Made by a program: the position numbers and the translations under genes. This document shows, piece after piece, positions 50,511 through 62,972 of a DNA stretch of 64,000 nucleotides. Location of the stretch: NCBI RefSeq assembly GCF_006345805.1, contig NC_043014.1, positions 45,818,001-45,882,000 on the forward strand, written 5' to 3'. The first letter of the stretch is position 1. Every line of letters starts with the position of its first letter. This DNA is from Octopus sinensis. Taxonomy: Eukaryota. The notes beneath the pieces were generated by a model. It was given only the letters and a program-made list of their open reading frames with translations. It had not been told where the DNA came from and did no database searches.

Positions 50511-51048
50511 CATACATATATATATACACACACACATATACATACTTATTTATATATACACATATTTATATATACACAGAAAAACAGATATACACACACA
50601 TATATATATATACACACAGAAAGATATGTACAAATACACATATATACATAGACGCAACCCCCACCACCACAACACACACATACACACAAAAACGTGCGTA
50701 TGCGTTTGTATACATTTAATGGTGACATTTGAGCAGAAGCTAAAAAAAATTTTCTTTAATGATAAAAAAAAGAAAAAAAGCTAAGTTTCATTCAAGTGTG
50801 CAGCAATTAGATTTTTCTTCCCTTGCATAATGCACACTGACAAGCACATTTAACAAGAATAAACTGCATTAGAAATAAAAAAACAAAGAAAAGCATCCAA
50901 GTTCCTTCAATTTGAAGGAGGATACTTCTGGTTCCAGTCATCAAATATTTATTTTTTCTGTTGCAGTTTATTGTCTTGTAGCTCTGAGTTTGTAGACATG
51001 GCTTTGTGGTTAAGAAGTTTGCATATTTTCTTTTCTTCTTCTTTTTTT

Positions 51049-51410
51049 ACTTGCTTTCAGTCATTGGACTGCAGCCATGCTGGAGCACTGCCTTAAAGAG
51101 ATTTAGTCGAACAAATCAATCCACCCCTGGACTTATTTTATTTTTATTTAAGCCTGGTACTTTTTCTATCAGCCTAAACTGCTAAGTTACAGGGACATAA
51201 ACAAACCAGCACTGGTTGTCCAAGCAGCTGTACGGGACAAACACAAACACATACATGATGGCTTTTACACGGTTTCCATTTACCAAATTACCTCACAAGG
51301 CATTGGTTGGCCCAAGGTCATAGTAGAAGACACTTGCTCAATGTGCCACACAGTGGGACTGAACCTGAAGTCATGTGGTTGCAAAGTGAGCTTCTTAACC
51401 ACACAGCCAT
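51049..51410 (-). mobile_element. SINE family A, diverged
   Basis: Tail and head recognisable. Confidence 0.7.
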
Positions 51411-51499
51411 ACCAGCTTGTGAGTTGATGTGATCAACTATCCCCCCAAAAATTTCAGACCTTGTGCCAATAATAGAAAGGATTATTATTATTATTATTA

Positions 51500-51690
51500 T
51501 CGTTATTATTATTAAGGCAGCAAGCTGGCAAAATGCTTAGTGGTGTTTCATCCATCTTTATGTTCTGAGTTCAAATTACACTGAGGCCAACTTTACGTCT
51601 TATTGTTCTAGGGTCGATAAAATAAGTACCAGTCATGTAATCAACTAACATGCCCTTAAAATTTCGGGCCTTGTGTCTATAACAAAAGAT
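51500..51690 (+). mobile_element. SINE family B2, diverged
   Basis: aaggcagcaagctggcaaaatg...gagttcaaatt...aaatttcgggccttgtgtctat. Confidence 0.65.
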
Positions 51691-51939
51691 TATCATTATT
51701 ATTATGATTAGGTGCAGGAGTGGTTGTGTGGTAAGTAGCTTGCTTACCAACCACATGGTTCTGGGTTCAGTCCCACTGCATAGCACCTTGGGCAAGTGTT
51801 TTCTACTATAGCCCCAGGGTCGATAAAATAAGTACCAGTTGAGTACTGGGGTTAATGTAATCAACTAGTCCCCTCACCCAAAATTTCAGGATTTGTGTCT
51901 ATAGTAGAAAGGATTATTACTATTATTGAGAGAGCAGAG

Positions 51940-52470
51940 CAAGCCATCAGATGGACATTGGGGTAAAATATACAAAGCACAGTATACCCATCCTGACTAC
52001 CTGTCTGATAAGGGTACACTAGGCATGTGCATCACAATCATATGTGCGCGACATGGTGATCTCATATCAAAATAAACAGCACATGACCTTACAGGTGGGG
52101 CCCAGTAAGAATTTTCTTCTGGTCGAGTAACCCATTCTGCTTAAAAGGTCCTTGAATAAGGGTTGTTTAAGGATGCTGAATGAAACACCCATGTTTCCAG
52201 AGGTGAATTATCCAAACCCAAAAGAATTCCTCTCAACATATGGCTATGATTGCTCCCCCACTACTTCTGCTCGTGATCAGAGATGCACATATCATCAGCC
52301 ACCAAAGGACATGCTGAACTGTTTATGGTCAAACAACTGACAAGCAAATCTGTGGTATTGAGCAGAATATTTGCTGTAGCCATCTTTTATACCAAGACAA
52401 AACAATGTACATGATAACACTTGCAATCAGTTAAGATGAGAAGCCATGAAAGCCACTGCCTGGTACTGCA
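51940..52470 (-). mobile_element. Unclassified probable interspersed repeat
   Basis: Complex sequence of higher GC between repeats, ending on the minus strand in ctctctcaataatagtaataat like a retroposon tail; single copy here, so not provable from the window. Confidence 0.35.
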
Positions 52471-52480
52471 TCAGGGCATT

Positions 52481-52660
52481 ATAACCTTTCAAAGCGCCTC
52501 CCCCTATTGGGAGTTTTAATTGTTATTTATATTTCGTTGTTATCCTGCTTTTGTACATGGGCTTTTTTCAAACAGACAAAACCCTTTGTAACTTTGGTCC
52601 TGTGTTTTGTCCCTTTATGTTTTAATTGATTTTTGTTAGCCCTTGTGGCCAATAAATGAA
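52481..52660 (+). mobile_element. Tx1/L1-clade LINE 3' UTR fragment
   Basis: aacctttcaaagcgcctccccctatt...tagcccttgtggccaataaa matches the 3' UTR at 59285-59445. Confidence 0.7.
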
Positions 52661-54387
52661 TTAATTATTATTATTATTATTATTATTATCAAGGTACTCA
52701 ACTATCAGGATCATAGGTGTGTCAAACGAAATGTTTAATGGCTTTCCTTCTGGCCCTCTACGTTCAGAGTTCAGATTACGTCGGGGGGTCAACTTAGCCT
52801 TTCATCCTTTTGGAGTTGATAAAATAAGTTTAGCAATAAAGGCGGTGCTCCAGCATGGCCGCAGTCAAATATGACTGAAACATGTAAAAGAGTAAAAGAG
52901 TAATAGTTGATCAGCTGTTGCAGAGGTTGCTGGCTGGCTGGTTGGATGGCTGGCCATTTGGAAAGAGGGAAGTGGGAGGAGAGAAGAAGAGGAAGAGGTG
53001 GATGAGGTTTGTTTAAAGATATGCTGTTGACTGACTGACTGACAGTGTACGCGCGTGCGCACAATGATTTCTGGAAATTCGATGAAAAAAGAAGTGACAA
53101 GCAACTTCTTTCTCTTTCGTTCTTTATATATATATATATAAAAAAAAAGAAATATTGCAAATAAGCCTGTAATGATATTTCAATTTTAATAATGAATGGA
53201 TACTTAAGAATGAATCCATAAATGGATAAATAAATAAAGTTCGGTTTGTAAGAAGAGATAGAGAGAGAAAAATGGAAAAGAAAAATGAAAAGGAACTAAG
53301 GAGAAAAAAAAACTATAAAAACAAACCATAACGATGAGAATTTATATTGAAAAAATATATAAAAACGTATATTTAAATCAAAATAAAATCAAATTTAAAA
53401 AAGCAAAACGGGAATAATGCACCATAAAAATGTCAAAGTAATATTGTAAATTTAAAAGGAAAGATGGCAGGAAAATGAAGAACTGAATAATAGAGGTCCC
53501 TTTTCTGCCATTAAATACACACACACGCGCGCTTTCCACCACACATGAGATGCAAAATACAAACACACAATTTCGTACAATGGCACATTTTCAAAACGTA
53601 CACATACGCGCTTATATACACATACATACAGACGTGTCTACATGCACGCACACATATGTTCATATAAACACATACACACACACACACACACACATACAAA
53701 TAGAAGCATCATCCAGTGTGTCTCGCCCTCCCTCCCCCAATCATTCTTCTTCCTCCTCCTGTTGTATTAGAATGAAGCTAGATTAAACCGTGATCTCATT
53801 CATTTAAAATCATAAACGATATTTTACGGAGCTGTAAGAATCTGCCTGGCTGCCTGCCTGTCTGTTCATCTTCCACCCTCACCTTTCTCTCTCCACTTTC
53901 TCTCTCGCTGTGTTCCTCAGACACACGTATTATACTTCTTTTCTCATGTCTCCAGGTAGACTGAGCAATGTGAAATTGTGGTGGTGGGGGTACAGATTAG
54001 TAGAAAGCGATTTATAGACGAAGTGTATGTGTGTGTGTGTGTGTTACAGGGTGGTGTAGGATATTGCTGTCATTTCATTTAAGTCTTTTTTCCTTTCATA
54101 AATGTAATAAATATAGTTATTTCCAACACACACACATACTAAAAAAAAAGCTATCAATATGATATTTAAAGACACTCCCAACACACACAAATAAGCATAA
54201 CGTCAATATGTCTCAGAAACAGTTTTAAACACACACACTACATACATACATACACTATAAGTAAAGACACTTTCCGACATACATATATACAAAGAGTATA
54301 CACACAAATACACAAGAGTTTAATATATAAAGACATAATAGACAGCATACATACACAAACATTGGTATAATATACAGACATTATATA

Positions 54388-54436
<49 letters not shown>

Positions 54437-54524
54437 AGTACACACACACATTATCATCATCATCATATCACAACCAATAAGTTAACACTCATCATTTCAC
54501 ATAAAAATTAGTTTCTCACATTAT

Positions 54525-54651
54525 ATATATATGTGTGTGTGTGTGTATGTATGTATATATATATGTATAAATATATGTATGTATGTATGTATAAATATAT
54601 ATATATATATATGTATATGTATGTATATAATAATATGTATTATATATATAT

Positions 54652-54682
<31 letters not shown>

Positions 54683-54714
54683 GTATATATATATATGATT
54701 ATATATAATGTATG

Positions 54715-54759
<45 letters not shown>

Positions 54760-54861
54760 GTATGTATATATATAGGTATATATATATATGTATATAATAT
54801 ATATGTATATATATTATAGTAGTATATATGTATGTATATATAATGTATGTATATATATATG

Positions 54862-54911
<50 letters not shown>

Positions 54912-55135
54912 CATATAGTATATATATATATATGTATATATATACATATTGTATATATATACATATATATACACACATATATATATGTATATATTATATA
55001 CATATATATATATACACACACATATATATATACAACATATATTATTATAATATATATATACACATATATATATATAACACACATAAATATATACACCCAC
55101 ATTATATACCACACACACATATATATATATATATT
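54525..55135. repeat. Long (TA)-dominated compound microsatellite
   Basis: Directly visible. Confidence 0.95.
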
Positions 55136-55534
55136 TTTTCTTATATTTTCATGTTTCTGCTGTTTTTTTTTAATATCAATTTTATTATTGTTGTTGTTGT
55201 TATTATTATTATGACATTTATTTAACAAAAAAACACGTTTCCTTCCTGCTCAACAGCAACAGATATGGCAATTTCTGAGTGCATCACATTTCTTTAGAAA
55301 ATTCCATTAGACAGCGCAGATATCAGAAGAATGAGTTTTAAAGTTTACGTCTTCCTAGGACTGCATGGATGCACCACCGACCCACGTCAGTTACAGAGGG
55401 GGGGAGGGAAGAGAAAGCGCGCAATAGATGCAGTGTGTGTGTGCGTGTGTGTGAGTGAGAGAGTGTGTGTGTGTGTTGTTTACTAGAATAAGAGTGAAAA
55501 TGGAGAGAGCGAGAGATCATTAGATAGTGTAAAA

Positions 55535-56060
55535 AGGAGAGAGAGGAGGAGAGGAGAGAGAGGGAGAGAGAGAGGGGAGGGGGAGAGAGGGGAGGGGGAG
55601 AGAGAGGACGGAGAGACAAGGGGGAGAGGGATGGAAACGGGAGGAAAGAGGAGGGTGGGAGGGGAGCACGAGATACAGTATGAAGAAGAGAGAGAGAGAG
55701 GAGAGAGAAAGAAAGAGCATAAGAGATAGCACGAAAGGGAGAGAGGGGGATGAATGAGTACGTTACAGATACAATGTGTAAAGGAGAAGGGAGGGGAAAG
55801 CATAATAGTGTGGAAATGAGAGAGAGAGAGAGAGAGGGGGGAGGAAGGAAAGAGCATAACAGTGCGGAAACGAGAGAGGGAGGGGGAGAAAAGAGCATAA
55901 TAGATAACATGAAAAGGAAAGATGGGAGAATGAGTAAGTTACAGATACGATGTGTAAGAGAGAGGGGGGAAAGAGAGGAAATAGTGTGGAAAGAAGAGAG
56001 AGCAGAGATAGCGGAGGGAGGAGGGAGAAAGGAAGAAGAGCACAACGAGGGAGGGGGGAA
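55535..56060. repeat. GA-rich polypurine low-complexity tract
   Basis: Directly visible. Confidence 0.85.
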
Positions 56061-56302
56061 CAGAGTAGATACAATATATGTAACAATAAAACAAAGGCTT
56101 AGAGATCTTATTTCTTACAGATGTCTCCTCTATTAAACATATACGATCATTCATTATATACTTTACTGTTCACTTAATTAAAATATCTTAGTTATTTACT
56201 TTCAGTTTCTTTAATATATGGTATTTCAACTCCATCCGTCCCAAATTGTGAGTGTGAGCTATATATATTATATATATAATATAATATTGATATAATAATA
56301 TA

Positions 56303-56348
<46 letters not shown>

Positions 56349-56436
56349 GAAATATGTTACAAAAAGAAAATAGAAAATACACGTGGAAATGTAAGGGAAA
56401 AATAAGAAAAATCAACGAAAATGCACATTGTAAATA

Positions 56437-56470
<34 letters not shown>

Positions 56471-56514
56471 TTACACGTATATGTATACAACGTGGTAACG
56501 TAATTTGTACATAT

Positions 56515-56961
56515 GTGTGTAAACGTATTTGAATTTACAAACAAGAGGGAAAAAATGTACTCAAACACAGAGTTTCCTTTCTCTTGAAAAAATCGGCTGC
56601 CTTCAAACCGGGAGAGAACTGGGCTCCGCCATGTTTGAAATTTTCGACGACACGACCTATGTCAAGGCGATGCCTCTGCGATGCCTTCGAGAGTGAAGAG
56701 ACCAAGGAAAGGACCCGAAACACACACACAGACGAATGAATACGTACGTATTCTCCTTTCCTTGGTTTCTTCACTCTCGAAGGCGTCGCAGAGGCAATCA
56801 CCTTGACATAGGTCGTGTCGTGGACATTTCAAACATGGCGGAGCCCAGTTCTCTCCCGGTTTGAAGGCAGCCGATTTTTTCAAGAGAAAGGAAACTCGTG
56901 TGTTTGAGTATTTAAAAAAATTTTTTTTAATCTCTTGTTTGTAAATTCAAATACGTACACA
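56515..56961. mobile_element. Fold-back element with about 190-bp arms
   Basis: 56523-56713 is a near reverse complement of 56754-56956; the spacer holds the perfect palindrome gaatacgtacgtattc (56738-56753). Confidence 0.85.
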
Positions 56962-57002
56962 CAGACGTGTCATCGATCGCTCTGCAAAGTCAAGTAAAAA
57001 AA

Positions 57003-57190
57003 AACCGGAAACATAATCCAGAATCCTTATACGGTATCGGATCGATCCCGAAATCTAATCAGTTCGTGCCAATCACGAGGCCAAACATTCCTGGATGGAT
57101 TCGCCAGCGGTTCTTGAGATATCTTGCCCACGGACAAACAAACAAACACGACCGAAAACAATACCTCTGCCTTGGCTAAGGCGGAGGTAA
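57003..57190 (-). mobile_element. Helentron-like element, 5' part
   Basis: Reverse complement begins ttacctccgccttagccaaggcagaggtattgttttc; homologous to 29836-30186. Confidence 0.55.
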
Positions 57191-57347
57191 CAACAACAAC
57201 GAAACGACAGAACAAAATTGGAACGCTTTTGAATATTCCTAATCAATCAAAACTGAACAGCTGAACAACATAATTTATTGATATTATATAACTCTACAGC
57301 TGAACGAACTAAGCAAGCATACGAACTGTCAATCGTTTATTTTTATG

Positions 57348-57395
<48 letters not shown>

Positions 57396-57437
57396 GATAG
57401 AGAGAACTATAAATATATAGTTCTCTCTCTTTTATCT

Positions 57438-57800
57438 TTTACCTTGTTTTAGTCATTAAGACTGCGGCGATGCTGGGGCACCGCATTGAAGAATTTTTAG
57501 TTGAATGAATCAACCACAGTATTTCATATCTTTCGCTAAGCCTGGTACTTACTCTATCGTCTCGCATGCCGAGCCGCTAAGTTACGGGGACGTAAACACA
57601 CCAACATCGGATGTCAAGCGGTGGTTTGGAAAACACAATCACATACACACACACACACACATTAATGTATATATATGACGGGTTTCTTTCAGTTTCTGTC
57701 TACCAAATCCGCTCACAAGGCTTTGGTCGGCCCATGGCTATAGTAGACACTTGTCCACGGTACCCAGAACCTTATGGTTAGGAAGCAAGCTACTTACTAC
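57438..57800 (-). mobile_element. SINE family A, diverged
   Basis: Tail, microsatellite and partly deleted head. Confidence 0.75.
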
Positions 57801-57838
57801 ACGCTACCAATGTATATATATATATGTGTATATATATA

Positions 57839-57876
<38 letters not shown>

Positions 57877-58680
57877 TCTTAGCATAAATAGATCAGTTTG
57901 AAATGACAGAAACACTGATGCAACGATAAAAAAAAGAATTTCAGACATCCAATAAACGCCAAGAAAAGAGATGAGAGAGGAGAGAGAGAGAGAGAGAGAG
58001 AAAGTCGATGGTCTTTCGCAAACTTTTGGGAGCCATTTTGGTTAAATTTAAATAAAAATTCAGTGGATTATAATAGAGTTTATCTATGTTGACATCTAGA
58101 CAAAACTACAAGTCAAAACAAAACACCACACACACACACACATATGAACAACAGTTTTATTCTATTTCTATTTTAAATCATTTGGGTGTGTTAAAAGTAC
58201 CATTGTACATTTTATTTTTATTTCGAAAATGAAACCTAAAAATTCAGCTTAATTTATATGTACATTTTATTTATTGACTTGACAAGAGTGATTGCTAGCT
58301 GACTAATTTAATAGGAAGCCGGATATTCTTTTGAAAAGTATTTCTTTTCCTAAAAAAAGAAACTGTAATGCGACCAACTCACGCTTCAGCAACTAATTAG
58401 AAAATGGAGAATTTTAATATTTCTAATGAATTTATCTTTTAACATTCTTTTGGTGCTTGAAGCGTGTAAAAGTTCTCGAGAATTCTTTTTTTTAGGACGT
58501 TTGTGATTTTAGTTCTTACTTATTCGCCTGTCCCACCCCCACTTTGCGCTCAGGCGCAGTCAATTCAATGCAACGACTCGCTTCCATATCAAGTCCTGGT
58601 GCGCGGCACCTTGGGCAAGTGTCTTCTACAATATCCCCGCTATGGTAGACGAAAACTGAAAGAAGTCCGTCGTGTTACCG

Positions 58681-59450
58681 GTCTGTTCTGAAGGTCTTTC
58701 GCGGCCGGAGCCTATGAATAACTTCCAGAAATCCCTCACCTGGCAGCGTTACCGAGGGGCGCTGCCTGTTCGGGATAAACTTTACAGGTACGGAAGTGCT
58801 GACAGCCGGGCCTGCCCGTTGCGCGCGTAGAGCGACGAAACCGTTCTGCACACCCTCGTGCAGTGCCTGAGCATTGCTGGCACGTGGTTTTATGTCGAAC
58901 ACTTGCTGTCACATGTGGGACCGATCCGGCTATCAGCTGAATCCATACTGAAGATTGCCCCGTCGCCCTCATTTGGCCGGGAAGGGCAGGCAACATTTAT
59001 TTGTCTGGTGGCTGTAGCGAAAGAAGTAGTCTGGTGGACTCATTTGACACTTTCCTCTTAGGCCAAGACCTCATCAACTTCTTCAAGTTTCACTTGAAGA
59101 GGAAAGTGAGGGTGGAGAGGGAAGTGTTGCCTCCAGAGCAAGTTTAGTGAAAGGTGGGTGAATGTTGGTTGGAAGAACGGTCAGCGTGAAAGGACCAATT
59201 CTGAATATACACCTGTGAGAAATAAAAGAAGGGCTCTTGCCCTGTTGGGCAGGTACCTATGGCTTTTCTGGGTTTTTCCACGAGTAACCTTTAAAGAGCC
59301 TCCCCCTATTTCGGAGTTTTATATTTTCTGTTATTTACTGTGTACACGAATGTGAAAACCCGTCGTATCGTCCGTTTATTTTTGTCTTTAAATGTTATAG
59401 CATGTCCTTTTATGTTTGTATATATTAGCCCTTGTGGCCAATAAAATATT
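58681..59450 (+). pseudogene. Tx1/L1-clade LINE 3' end: ORF2 C-terminal zinc-binding (zf-RVT-like) region and 3' UTR
   Basis: Translates FQKSLTWQRYRGALPVRDKLYRYGSADSRACPLRA*SDETVLHTLVQCLSIAGTW...LVAVAKEVVWW, matching the W..GALP...CP.C...ET..H...C...W pattern of L1/Tx1 ORF2; in-frame TAG at 58828-58830 and later frameshifts. Confidence 0.8.
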
Positions 59451-59495
59451 ATTATCATCATACCCAGATAAATCAAGTGACCTGAGATAATTTAT

Positions 59496-59545
<50 letters not shown>

Positions 59546-59789
59546 TGCGTGTTTGACAAGCTAGTCTTACGTTTCGGTAAAAAGAGCAAACAGAATAGGT
59601 GTCAGACCTTGATTGGCCGGGACGATCTAACAGGAATACTCGCAGCGCAGATGCCTTACAATAGTGCGACATCCGCACCGACAGTGTTTCACGAAGTACC
59701 ATAGACATACAGAGGCCGGCACCTCTTGTCACAGAGCAATTAATGTGCATGCATGTCCTACTTCCTCGCCCGTCTACCGTCACAGCGGG

Positions 59790-60040
59790 ACGATTATGTC
59801 TTCGATGTTGTTCCATAGTTAAAAGCTTTTAACACGGGAAGTCGTCTTGGCATGAGGAGCATTATCTTATAGATAATTTCGATTAGTCAATGCCCTGTTT
59901 GTATTAGTTTATTATCTACCGCCACCGTGATACGATTATATCCTCGATGTTGTTCTGTAGTTAAAAGCATTAAAACAGGAACTCGTTATAGATAATTTCT
60001 ATTAGCCACTGGTATATCTATTTGTATTAGTTTATCATCA
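59790..60040. repeat. About 140-bp diverged tandem duplication
   Basis: acgattat-tc-tcgatgttgttc--tagttaaaagc...ttatagataatttc-attag...tttgtattagttt occurs twice. Confidence 0.8.
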
Positions 60041-60084
60041 TTTTGATTGATACCAATAGAAAATATCAAGTGTGTGTGTGTGTG

Positions 60085-60116
<32 letters not shown>

Positions 60117-60329
60117 TATATTTCTTTATTGCCCACAGGGGGTTAAACATAGAGGGGACAAACAAAGACAGACAAACGGATTAAGTCGATTACATCGACC
60201 CCAGTGCGTAATAATAATAATAATAACAATAATGGTTTCAAATTTTGCCGCAAGGGCAGCCATTTTGGGGGAGAAGATAAGTCAATTATATCGACCTTAG
60301 TGTTTCTCTGGTACTTAGTTTATTAACTT

Positions 60330-60790
60330 GCATCCGTGCTAGTGGAGCGCTAAGAGCACCATCCGAGCGTGATCGTTGCCAGAGCGGCTAACTAATTGGC
60401 TTCCGTGCTGGTGGCACGTAAAAAGCACCATTCGAGCGTGATCGTTACCAGCGTCGCCTTGGTGGCACGAGAAAAAATAAAACATTCGAGTGAGGTCGTT
60501 GCCAGTGCCGCTGGACTGGATCCTGTGCAGGTGGCACGTAAAACACACCATTTGAGCGTGGCCGTTGCCAGTACCGCCTGACTGGCCCTCGTACCGGTGG
60601 CACGTAAAAGCACCCACTACAGTCTCGGAGTGGTTGGCGTTGGGAAGGGCATCCAGCTGTAGAAACTCTGCCAGATCAAGATTGGAACCTGGTGCAGCCA
60701 TCTGGTTCGCCAGTCCTCGGTCAAATCGTCCAACCCATGCTAGCATGGAAAGCAGACGTTTAAACGTTGGTGATGATGATGATGATGATA
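60330..60790 (+). mobile_element. Family C, long form with four modules
   Basis: Repeated cgagcgtgatcgttgccag...ggtggcacgtaaaa units, then the RTE-like tail and (GAT)n. Confidence 0.85.
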
Positions 60791-61624
60791 GACGCCCTTG
60801 TGACCGAAGTCTGTCGTGATCTTACTGAATCTCAATAAAAGCAGAAATCCTTACAAGTTTGAAGTAGTGAATTAAATGCAACAGAAATTGCTTGATAATG
60901 GAGTATATTTTCCTTAATTTCGATAGTCAAAAAAAAAAAACATTTTTAATATTTTTATTCATTTATTATTAGCTTATTAGCTGAGGTTGGTTGCTCGGTT
61001 GGTTTTTCTAGTAATGTAATGGACTTATGAAAAATTGGGGTTACAGCTGGATACCCTTATTTTAACGTCATGCATTGAAACGTGAAGAGCAAATAGTTTG
61101 TTTCTATTTTTGACATTTTATCCTCTCCGTCGTTGAATCACACATTAATATGGCGCTTTTAAATCTACAATTACTATATTTTTCTATTTTTGTAAGCGCT
61201 GTCAATCCTACATCTTGAACGATCACTGCTCTAATAAACTGACTGCCGATGGTGGTTGTTTCTTAGCTACCAGGTTAGTCCTGAGCGAGTAAACCTCCTA
61301 TGACCAAAAGCATTCCAACCATCATATCAATGGCTCTTGGTCTTGCTGGATTCGTGGCGCACTTGGACATCAGATTATCTCTCGTCTTTTAATTGCTTTA
61401 GTCATTAGAGAGCGGTCATGCTGGAGCACCGCGCTGAAGAATTTTTTTGTCGAATGAATCGACCGCCAAGACCTATTTTTTTGTTTAAGCCTGATACTTA
61501 TTCTATCGGTGTCTTTTGCTGAACCGCTAGGCTACGTGAACATAAATACACCAACACTAGTCGTCAAACTGTGACGTGGGATAAATACACACACAATATT
61601 TTTTATTTATATATATATATATTT

Positions 61625-61823
61625 CAAAATGTGACCTCGTGTGTACCGTTGGCGATTTTTTTTCCTCTGTCTTCCCTTCTCTGGATCTTTCCTTCTCCTA
61701 TGTTTCCGACGAAGAGCTCCGCTCGAAACGTTAAACCCTCCATCTTTCCTGAGCGTCCAATAATACTATATTTGTTCCACGTCCTCGCGTAGTTTTGTTT
61801 TTTTTCTGCTTTCTTGTTTGGAT

Positions 61824-61826
<3 letters not shown>
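61625..61826 (+). mobile_element. Penelope-like terminal fragment
   Basis: (TA)n on both sides; pyrimidine leader, hammerhead-like motif, tttcctgagcg...taata motif. Confidence 0.6.
61702..61736 (+). ncRNA. Minimal type-I hammerhead-like motif, variant core CCGACGA
   Basis: Stem I gttt/aaac; ccgacga+a; stem II gagc-tcc-gctc; gaa; acgt; t. Confidence 0.6.
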
Positions 61827-61875
<49 letters not shown>

Positions 61876-62185
61876 ATATATATATGCATGGTCTTGAGGA
61901 TCGAATTCGGAACTGAGTCATAGTCGGTGTTGGGTGGTTTCGAATTTGGGTGCGGGCGAAATTTCATCCTCGGGTAAGCGATTCCCTTGCTCAATAGTGC
62001 AAGTTTGTTATTTATTTGAGGGAGATCGTCTCTACACCTTCTTTTAGCACGTCGAAGGACTACGTAAAAGAAGATTTTCAAACTTCTCAAGTTTCGCGAT
62101 AGTTTTGTTTATAAATAGTTGCCGGCAATTTATAATATACATTTATCTTCTTAACTCCATGATTCCGGCCAGATTTGAATTTAAG

Positions 62186-62310
62186 ATGCTAAAGGGAAGA
62201 AAAAAAGAACTAGTCAGCATGGAAAACCATTTACAGTCTGGCATTTACAGTTCTTTCCGCCAACTTGCAACTTTTAACAATTTATTAATTAACACACGTA
62301 GAAGGGCGAG
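62186..62310 (+). CDS. Speculative first coding exon of an unknown gene
   Basis: ATG at 62186 is open to the donor GAG|GTAAGA at 62310 (MLKGRKKELVSMENHLQSGIYSSFRQLATFNNLLINTRRRA); TATAAATA at 62110-62117; no homology recognised. Confidence 0.2.
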
Positions 62311-62409
62311 GTAAGATCACGTACTAACCTAAACGAGAGTGGGACGGGGTCACATACTAACTTACAAGAAAAATAATCTATTACTCGTTAGTTAAGATAA
62401 ACTGTCGCC

Positions 62410-62479
<70 letters not shown>

Positions 62480-62972
62480 TGCCCACATACATTATATACA
62501 CCCACCCACACATATACATAGATACATACATACGTACACACATATATACATACATGCATACATGTGCGCGGAAACAGAAATTTAAGAAGTCTTCTCTTAG
62601 CTCGTTCGAAAAGCAGTTCAGATTATGCTTAATGCAACCACATCCCGTATTAATTAGTTTAAAAGATAATCTTGACGCTGGTATAAAACAGAACTCAGCG
62701 TGCATGCATACATAATCTAATTAATTGAGTAGGAACAATTAATAGTATTAATTATTACAACAGCCACTAGATTTCTCCATTGATGTAATTTCGGTAAAAT
62801 AATTCTATGAAATTTATGAATGAATTTATTTGCTTTTATTTGAATTAGTTTGTTACATAAAAGAAGAAAAGAAGTAGAGCTCATAGCCCCTTGATTTCAG
62901 GGGAGATGAGAGGGAATGGACTAAATTTTAAGGACTGATAGAGTTAACTAACTACAGAGGGTGCCTCTATAT

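Noticed and set aside
53945-53961. Plus-strand AG|GT juxtapositions (here ctccag|gtagac; also 1204, 5619, 35988)
   Set aside because: Weak donors or weak pyrimidine tracts; expected by chance.
60330-60620. Repeat-spacer-like look of family C modules (CRISPR-like)
   Set aside because: Eukaryotic retroposon context, spacers homologous to each other, no cas genes.
61827-62090. 87-aa minus-strand ORF (…LRRAKRRCRDDLPQINNKLALL…)
   Set aside because: Alternative start, ends in (TA)n, no recognisable domain; noted only under the 61900-62365 island.
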